Part shown: one piece after another, positions 53,101 through 62,100 of the stretch
How the letters are laid out: each line of letters begins with the position of its first letter
Numbering within the stretch: the first letter of the stretch is position 1
From: Zootoca vivipara
Taxonomy: Eukaryota
Reading direction: 5' to 3'
Assembly: GCF_963506605.1 (NCBI RefSeq)
Contig: NC_083278.1
Coordinates: 39,432,001 to 39,496,000 of the forward strand
DNA length: 64,000 bases
Notes under the pieces: generated by a model
Databases searched by the model: none
The model's input: the letters and a program-made list of their open reading frames with translations, nothing else
Told to the model about the DNA's origin: nothing
Translations under genes and position numbers: made by a program

Positions 53101-56100
53101 AGGCCAGGAAACAGAGCCCTGCTAACTTAATGAAGCCCATTCAGTGGTATATTGATTTATCTATAAAAATATTTATATTCTGCTGTACTATAAAAAGGAA
53201 AACATCAAAGCAGTTTACATCAATAATAAATAAACCATACAATAAAAGTCATATAAAGAAGTTAAAAACAGACAACAATTTATAGCTGTAAAAAATAACA
53301 GACTACATTCAGCAGCACTTTTCAATGAAAAGGCTATATGTGTGAATAGTTCTTTTAAATGATAATTTTAAAAATCATACGGAAAAACCAGTTTAGGCTT
53401 GTTACCCTTAGTATGGTCATGGTTGTTGTTAGCAGCGATTTCTTCTTTGTTAGAACACACACTTTTCTTTGCCTTAAGGGATTTTTCCAGTGTTTTGTAC
53501 TTAGCCAGTGCCTTGCTGCGGGTTGCACTTGAAAAAGTTTTAGGAGCAACTACTTTAACTACACACAAACAGCCACAAGTGTACAGGTAATGGGTTAGGG
53601 ACCAAAAAAGAAAGGTAAATTTTGTTACCAAGCTGAAAAAAATGACTCAATATCTAGCTATTTTCACACTGCAGCTAGAACTGCACCGCAATTAGACAAC
53701 TCCTCTAAAACACCACCACACAGTTCTTTGGCTAAATTACACTTCCTTGAAGTACACACCAAACTATCTAGTTACAGGTAGGTAGCCGTGTTGGTCTGGA
53801 TCGAAGTAAAATAAAAAAATTCCTTCCTTCAGTAGCACCTTAAAGACCAACTAAGTTTTTATTTTGGTATGAGCTTTCGTGTGCATGCACACTTCTTCAG
53901 ATACAGTGAAATGGAAGTTTCCAGGCACTTATGTAGAGAAGGGGTGGGGAGGGGTGGGGATGGGGAGGGGGGATCACTCAGAAGGGTGGTGGAAATGGGT
54001 GATTGACTGACTGATAGCTGTTGATGACCGCAAACGACTGCAAATGGTTTTGCATGAAAAAGCAAGGGTTGAGATGGCTGAAGATCGCTTATCATGTATA
54101 ATGAGATAAGAACCCGATATCTCTGTTCAAACCAGGTCCCTCCATGGTTTTGAGCTTGGTGATAAGTTGCAATTCAGCAACTTCTCTTTCCAGTCTATTT
54201 CTGAAATTCTTTTGTAGTAAGACAGCTACTTTGAGATCTTGTATAGAATGTCCTGGGAGATTGAAGTGTTCTCCTACTGGTTTTTCTGTCTTCTGGTTCC
54301 TGATGTCAGATTTATGTCCATTTATCCTTTGGCGTAGGGTTTGGCCTGTTTGTCCAATATAGAGAGCTGAAGGGCACTGTTGGCATTTGATGGCATACAC
54401 AATGTTAGAGGATGAGCAATTAAATAGTCCTGAGATGGTATGTTGGATGGTATGTTGGATGGTTTGGTGATGACCTGTTCCTCCAGATCAGCGGCACAGC
54501 CATGGGCACCCGCATGGCCCCACAGTATGCCAACATCTTCATGGCAGATTTAGAACAACGTTTCCTTAACTCCTACCCACTCAAACCTCTCCTGTACCTG
54601 CGATACATTGACGATATTTTTATTATCTGGACACATGGACAACAGACCCTGGAAACCTTCCACCAGACATTCAATGACTTTCACCCCACCATCAACCTAA
54701 CAATGAACCAATCTATGCAAGAAATACATTTTTTGGACACTACTATAAAAATACAGGATGGACGTATAGACACCACCTTATACAGAAAACCAACTGACCG
54801 ACAAACATATCTACATGCTTCTAGCTACCATCCCAAACATACCAAACAATCCATCGTATACAGCCAGGCCTTACGTTACAACCGCATCTGTTCCAACTCT
54901 ACAGACAGAGAATCTCACCTAAGAGATCTACAGCAAACCTTTTTAGAACTAAAATATCCACCTGATGAAGTTAAACAACAGATCAACAGAGCCAGACTGA
55001 TACCTAGGGAGAACCTGCTGCAAGACAGACCCAAAAAAGAAAATAACAGAACACCACTAGTCATCACATACAGCTCCCAATTTAAAACAGTACAACGCAT
55101 CATCAGAGATCTACAGCCTCTCCTGGACAATGACAGCTCTCTTTCTCAAGCTCTAGGAGGAAGACCTTTCATTGCCTACAGACAGCCACCCAATCTTAAA
55201 CAACTCCTCACCCACAATAATACAACCACCAGACTTAACATGGACACTGGTACCAGAGCCTGCAATAAACCCAGATGCCAACTTTGCTGCCACATACACC
55301 CAGACAACACCATTACTGGCCCCAACAACATCCAACATACCATCTCAGGACTATTTAATTGCTCATCCTCTAACATTGTGTATGCCATCAAATGCCAACA
55401 GTGCCCTTCAGCTCTCTATATTGGACAAACAGGCCAAACCCTACGCCAAAGGATAAATGGACATAAATCTGACATCAGGAACCAGAAGACAGAAAAACCA
55501 GTAGGAGAACACTTCAATCTCCCAGGACATTCTATACAAGATCTCAAAGTAGCTGTCTTACTACAAAAGAATTTCAGAAATAGACTGGAAAGAGAAGTTG
55601 CTGAATTGCAACTTATCACCAAGCTCAAAACCATGGAGGGACCTGGTTTGAACAGAGATATCGGGTTCTTATCTCATTATACATGATAAGCGATCTTCAG
55701 CCATCTCAACCCTTGCTTTTTCATGCAAAACCATTTGCAGTCGTTTGCGGTCATCAACAGCTATCAGTCAGTCAATCACCCATTTCCACCACCCTTCTGA
55801 GTGATCCCCCCTCCCCATCCCCACCCCTCCCCACCCCTTCTCTACATAAGTGCCTGGAAACTTCCATTTCACTGTATCTGAAGAAGTGTGCATGCACACG
55901 AAAGCTCATACCAAAATAAAAACTTAGTTGGTCTTTAAGGTGCTACTGAAGGAAGGAATTTTTTTATTTTACCAAACTATCTATTTAATGCTTTACAAGA
56001 AATATTGCACATGCTCATGGAGTCAGAACGCTCAGGGTAAAAAACAAAACAAAACTGGTTTTCTCAAGCACTGTTTGCAGTGAAACTTAACTGTAAAAAT

Positions 56101-59100
56101 GAATAAAGGGTGTGATTATAATAACTGGTCTAATATTCAGACTGAATTTGTACAATCCTAATCCCTGCCAACCTAGCAGTTTGAAAGCACGTCAAAGTGC
56201 AAGTAAATAAATAGGTACCGCTACAGCGGGAAGGTAAACTGTGTTTCCGTGTGCTGCTCTGGTTCGCCAGAATAGGCTTTGTCATGCTGGCCACATGACC
56301 CGGAAAGCCACTTCCGCGCCTGCTACGGAGGTGGGGTTGTGGGCGAGCCTTTGGGGGCTCGAGTGGCAGTTAGGCGTTGGAAATTTGCATAACAATTAGA
56401 CGGGGAGGGGCAGGTTACGTCAGCAACTGCCCAAATTTGGAGAAGTAATTCCGTTAAAGGATTCCGGGGGCGGGGCTTGGTCCTTAGCCTGGAGATGCCA
56501 GAGCCGTAGGGCACGCCCCTTCGGTGGCCACAGGAGGAGTTCCGGGAGATGTACACCACTGGGCTCCTTACTGGTGGTTAACTTCTCACGGGCTCCAACA
56601 CACGGGTTGGAGTCGGATATAGTCCGATAGGTTCCAACGCCTAAGCCAATTCCACTCAACGTTCGTAATCAATAAAGTTTTTTTTTTTAAAATGTTTTTT
56701 ATTTATTTCAATCATTAAAAAACATACATATATTTACATACAAATTAAGACAAAAAGAAACACCAAAGATACAATATATCATTTGATTTACATCTTAGCA
56801 ATCAAAAAAAAAAAATAGAAAGACACGGAAAAAGAAAAAGGAAAGATGAAAAAAGGGAAGAAGAAGAAAAAGGAAAAAGAAAAAGAAAAAGAAAAGGCGA
56901 AAAAAAAATATACAAAAATTACAAACAATACGTAAAATACCAACAACTTCCAGTCATCTCTCTGTAGCTAGTACTATTCGTTTTCATCATCCGCAAAATA
57001 AATTCTTTATTGTCTATCTCTTTACCCTTCACCTTGATTCGGTTTTGTCTGCTTGGGGTGTTATTTACTTAATTGTTTTTATATACTCATCAAAAATCCT
57101 CCATTCCTTTTTTATTCTTTGTCTTGTTTGCCCTCTAATTCTCCCAGTGGTTCTGGCTAGCTGTGAGTATTCTTTCATTAGTATTTGCCAATCTGTTATA
57201 CTAGGGGTGTTTCTGCTTTTCCAGTTCCTAGCGATCAGCACCCTCGCGGCTACAATACCATACATTAATAATTTTCTATTTACATCTCCTATATCCTCCG
57301 GTATTATATTTAATAGGAACATTTCTGGTTTTTTCGTAATTTTACATTTTAACATTCTCTTTAACTCTTCATAAATCTTCTCCCAGTATGTCCTTATCTC
57401 TGCACATTTCCACCACATGTGCATTTGAGTTCCTATTTCTTTCTCACATCTCCAGCATATAGGTGATTTATTTTTATACATTTTTGCTAATTTTTCAGGT
57501 GTCTGATACCACCTATATATCATTTTGAAAATATTTTCTCGCAAATTGTAGCACGCGGTAAATTTTATATCTTTTTTCCATAGCCTTTCCCACTGGTCTA
57601 CAAATATATTGTGGCCCAGATCTTGTGCCCATTTTATCATGGATGGCTTAGTTTGTTCTTCCTTTAACTCCCATTCCAGCAATAAATCGTAAGTACGTGA
57701 AATCAGTTTTTTATCATTTTCTATCAGTTCTTTTTCAAATTTAGACTTCTCTTTTGCAATTCCCAATTTTTTGTCTTCTATGAATTTCTGATTAACTTGA
57801 AAATATTGCAGCCAACTCGTAAAGTATTTTTTGGTCTCCTCGTAGCTTTTTAATCTAAATCCATTTTGTATAACCTCCAATAGGTCATGGTAGGTGGCAA
57901 TCTTTTCTTCCATATTTAATTTTTTAACCGTAATCACATTTATTAAGGATGTCCACAAGGGTATCTTAGGTTCTAATATACTTTTATATTTTGCCCAAAT
58001 TAAATACAATGATTTCCTAATTAAATGATTTAAAAAGCCCCTGTGCGCTTTAACTTTCCCATAAATCAAATATGAGTGCCAGCCGAATCTATTTTCTACT
58101 CCCTCAAGGTCTAGAATCTCTGGTTTTTCTAAAGTTATCCATTCTTTCAGCCAGACGAGTCCAGCTGCTGCATGGTATAGTTCCAAATTAGGGAGTGAAA
58201 ATCCCCCCCTCTCTTTTTTATCTGTTAGCAGCTGGTATTTAATTCTTGGCTTTTTGTTATTCCATACAAATTTCGTTAAGTCTCTCCTCCACTCGTCAAA
58301 GCATTTTATTCCTCCCAAAATTGGTATTGTTTGGAACAAATACATCAACTTCGGGAGTATATTCATTTTCACTACAGATATTCTGCCCCAGAGGGAGAGT
58401 TTCAATTTACTCCATTGTTCCATCCCTTTTTTAATTTCACTCCATGTTTTTTTATAATTGTTTTCATATAAATTTAGACTTTTTGCCGTCATCCAGATAC
58501 CTAAGTACTTGACTTTCTTTTTAAGTTCTAATCCTGTTATCTGTTTCAACTCTTCTCTTTCTTTTTTGTCCATATTTTTAGTTAATAATGTTGTTTTTTT
58601 ATAATTTATTTTAAGTCCTGCCACCTTCCCATATTCCTTTATGATTTCTATTACTTTTGGGATGCTTTCTTTTGGATCTTGAGTTGTCACCACTATATCG
58701 TCCGCGAAGGCACGAACTTTATATTCTCTTTTCCCTATCTTTATTCCTTTTATTCCATTTTCACTTCTAATTTTATTCAGCAACACCTCCAATACCAGAA
58801 TGTACAACAATGGGGAGAGTGGACAGCCTTGCCTTGTACCTTTCTCTATCCCAAAGTTATCTGTAACACCTCCATTTATTATTAATCTTGCCCTCTGTTG
58901 TTGATAAACTGCTCCTATGGCCTTCTGCATTTTCTCTTGTATCCCAATTTGACTTATTTGCTTTTTAAGGAATTCCCAGGAGACATTATCAAATGCCTTT
59001 TCGGCATCAAGCATTAGTAATGCTGCTTTTTTATCGATCTTAAATTCCAAATATTCTAATATGTCTATTATATTTCTAGTAGTATTAAATATCTGCCTCC

Positions 59101-62100
59101 CTGGCAGAAATCCTGTTTGGTCGGGGTGTATTATTTCTTTAAGTATATGTTTTAATCTCTGAGCTATTACCCCCGCAAATAACTTATAGTCACTGTTCAA
59201 AAGGGATATGGGTCTATAATTTGCCATTAGTTCTTGATCCTCCTCTCCTTTTGGGAGCAGTGTAATATAGGCCTCCTTCCATGTTTCTGGTATTGCGCCT
59301 TTTTCTAAGGCTTGATTCATTATTTCTTTTAGGGGATTCAGGAGTATGTTTTCCATTTTTTTATAATATTCCATGGGGAGTCCGTCCGTCCCTGGCGATT
59401 TCCCTGTTTTGCTTTTTCTCATTACTTCTTTTATCTCTTCTATTGTGATTGGTTTCTCTATTTCCTTAGCTTTTTCCTTAATATTAATATTCAAATGATG
59501 TTTCTCTAAGTATCTATTTATATCCTCTCCATTATCTTCATTTTTCTTATATAATTTTTCATAATATTTCACAAATTTTTTCATTATTGTCTGAGGATTA
59601 TCTATTATTTTCTCCCCTTCTCTTATTCTATTTATGGTTTTTTTACTTTCCTTCTTCTTTAATTGCCAGGCTAGATATTTACTTGGTTTGTTTGCGAACT
59701 CAAAGTTGTTTTGTTTCCACATTTTATATTTCCAATCAATCTCTTGTTCTATTTTATTTTTATATTCTGCTTTCAATAGTCCAATTTCCCTTTTTAATTT
59801 CCCACTTTTAGGGTTTTTATTCAGGTTTTTCTCTTTTTTCTCTAGCTCTTCTAAGATTTTCTTTTTCTCTTTCTCCCTTTTATTTTTCAACATGGCGTTC
59901 TGCTTAATAAAATAACCTCTAATTACCGCTTTGCTGGTGTCCCATATAACTTTCGTATCGACATTCCCATCATTGTTTAATTTAAAAAATTCTCTTAATG
60001 TTTCTTTAGCTCCTTCTATTATCTGCTCATCGAAAAGTAGTGAGTCGTTTAGTTTCCATCTTTTCATACCTGTTTTCCACTCAGTTCCCAGACATAAAAA
60101 TATTGAGTTATGGTCAGATAAAGTTCTAGTTTGTATTTTAATTTCTTGTACTCTTCTCATCATTTCTGCCGATACCCATATAGCATCAATCCTACTTGCC
60201 ATATTTTTCGAGTTAGAGAAATACGTATAATCTTCTTCCATTTCATTTTTAAATCTCCAAGCGTCTATCATATCCATATTTTTTACCAAATTGAAAAATG
60301 TTTGTGGTAGTCTCCCCTTTTTACTTTCTCTCCCTTTTCCTGTTTTATCTTTTTTTGGATCACACACTCCGTTTAGGTCCCCCATAAGAATCATTTTCCC
60401 TTCAACATATTCCATCATTTTAGCCTCAACTCTCCTAAAAAATTCTGTTTTCTTATCATTTGGCGCATATATCCCCATTATATGTATTATTTCCCCTAAA
60501 TGCTTTATTTTTATCATTACCATTCTGCCTTCTCGGTCTGCATATAGTAGTTCCGGCTCCAGTTCTTCTCTTGCATAAATTACTACACCCCTCTTTTTTT
60601 TCCCATCGGCTGCTATAAATTCCTTTCCTAATTTGGGGTCTATTAATAGTCTTTCATGTTCTTTCTTAATATGGGTTTCTTGCAAACAGATGATGTCTAA
60701 TTTTTGTTTAATCAATACATGTCTAATTTTATTCCTTTTCTTTTTTCCATTTAAACCATTCACATTCCACGTGATTAATTTAAGATTCATTTTATTTATT
60801 TCAATACACGATACCTTTGACAAAAAGAAACGAAAAAAAAAAAAACTAGAAAAAGGGAAAAATTTGAATATTATAAAAAATAGCTTTCTCTTATGTTTAT
60901 TTATCTTCCCATTTTATTCAAAGGGTCTTCAGCTGTCCTAATCACTATCTGAATCTATATTCTCCTCTATCTCATTTTGGGCTTCTTTCTCTACTTGATC
61001 TTTATCTCCTCCTAACTGCGATTTATATCTTCGGTAAAAAATATCTGCGTCTTCAGGTGTCCCAAACCTTCTTTTCCTCCCCTTATAGGTGAAGGTAAGC
61101 CCTTCAGGATATTCCCATTTAAAATGTATAGATTTAGCTTTTAACGCCTTTGTCAAGAAATGGTATTTATCCCTTTTTTTTAAAATGCGTGGTGGTATCT
61201 CTTTCAACACAAATACACTTTCTCCATCGATTTTTAGATTATCTCCCCTTCCCTTTCTCAACATTTTACTTTTTAATTTGGTTGTATGGAGTGTTATTAT
61301 ACAATCCCCTGGCCAATTATTTTCTTTGGCCTTCTTTGAGTTTACTCTGAACAATGTCTCTATCTCTTCCATCACTTCCTCTTCTCCCATTTGTAACCAC
61401 TCCGCTATTCCTTTAACTATTTTCGACTGTAAATTCTCTTCTGACGATTCTGGGACCCCCCTCAACCTGAGAGTACGTTCCTTAGCCTGCATTTGTAGCA
61501 GAGCCATCGCATCCCAAGTGGCTTCTTGTTTAATTTTAAATTCATCTCTTTCTTTTTTGGCTTGTTCACACTCTTTTTTACATTCTTTAATTTCTTTATA
61601 GGCCTTTTTGAGCAATTCCTCCATCTGTATTAATTTTTCCTTGTTTTCCTGTGCTGCCTTACTCACTTCTTTACTCTCTTCATCTATCTCCTTAACCTGT
61701 TCCTTTAATTCTTTTATTGATTTTGTGTTTTCCTCTACTTTACCGTTCATTTTATCCAATTTTTCATCTAATCCTTTCATTTTGTCGTTCACCTCCATTT
61801 TCATTGCTCCAAAGTCTTTTCTCATTTCCAAAATATCCCCCTTCAAGCTCAGGATCAGTAATCAATAAAGTTGTGGCCTTAACCACCCAATTAAACTCAT
61901 TTACCGCGTCTTGTGTCTTTATTACACGGGAAGGAGGGACATTGCCACACAAGCTGTACGCCGGCTCCCTTGGCCAATAACGCAAGATGAGCGTCGCAAC
62001 CCCAGTCGGTCATGACTGGACCTAATGGTCAGAGGTCCCTTTACCGTTACCTTTAATCCCTGGCTAAGTACTGCACCATGCATCATCTCTACACATAGCT

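Larger units (their letters stand above)
53771..55970 (+). mobile_element. Penelope-like retroelement, 5'-truncated, with inverted copy of its 3' end
   Basis: Sense body about 54463-55970; inverted arm 53771-54449; 13-bp duplication accaaactatcta at 53758-53770 and 55971-55983. Confidence 0.95.
56680..61857 (-). mobile_element. L1-clade LINE, about 5.2 kb, truncated within ORF1
   Basis: ORF1 plus ORF2, 3' UTR, AATAAA and A tail near 56680-56710; 15-bp duplication gtaatcaataaagtt at 56665-56679 and 61858-61872. Confidence 0.96.
56309..61950 (+). mobile_element. LTR-like element (about 56338-56679 plus 61873-61949) split by the L1
   Basis: Purine tract ggaggtggggt then TGTGG...aataaagttgtggcc...CCACA; flanked by aagc at 56305-56308 and 61951-61954. 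Confidence 0.6.
56163..62055 (+). mobile_element. Sauria SINE split in two (about 56163-56308 and 61951-62055)
   Basis: The halves join at gacccggaagc/tgtacgccggctccc, as in the uninterrupted copy at 3824-4153; (ccttta)n-like tail. Confidence 0.88.

Noticed and set aside
54092-54400. Stand-alone GIY-YIG nuclease gene on the minus strand
   Set aside because: It is the inverted duplicate of the Penelope ORF C-terminus, truncated and without its own start.
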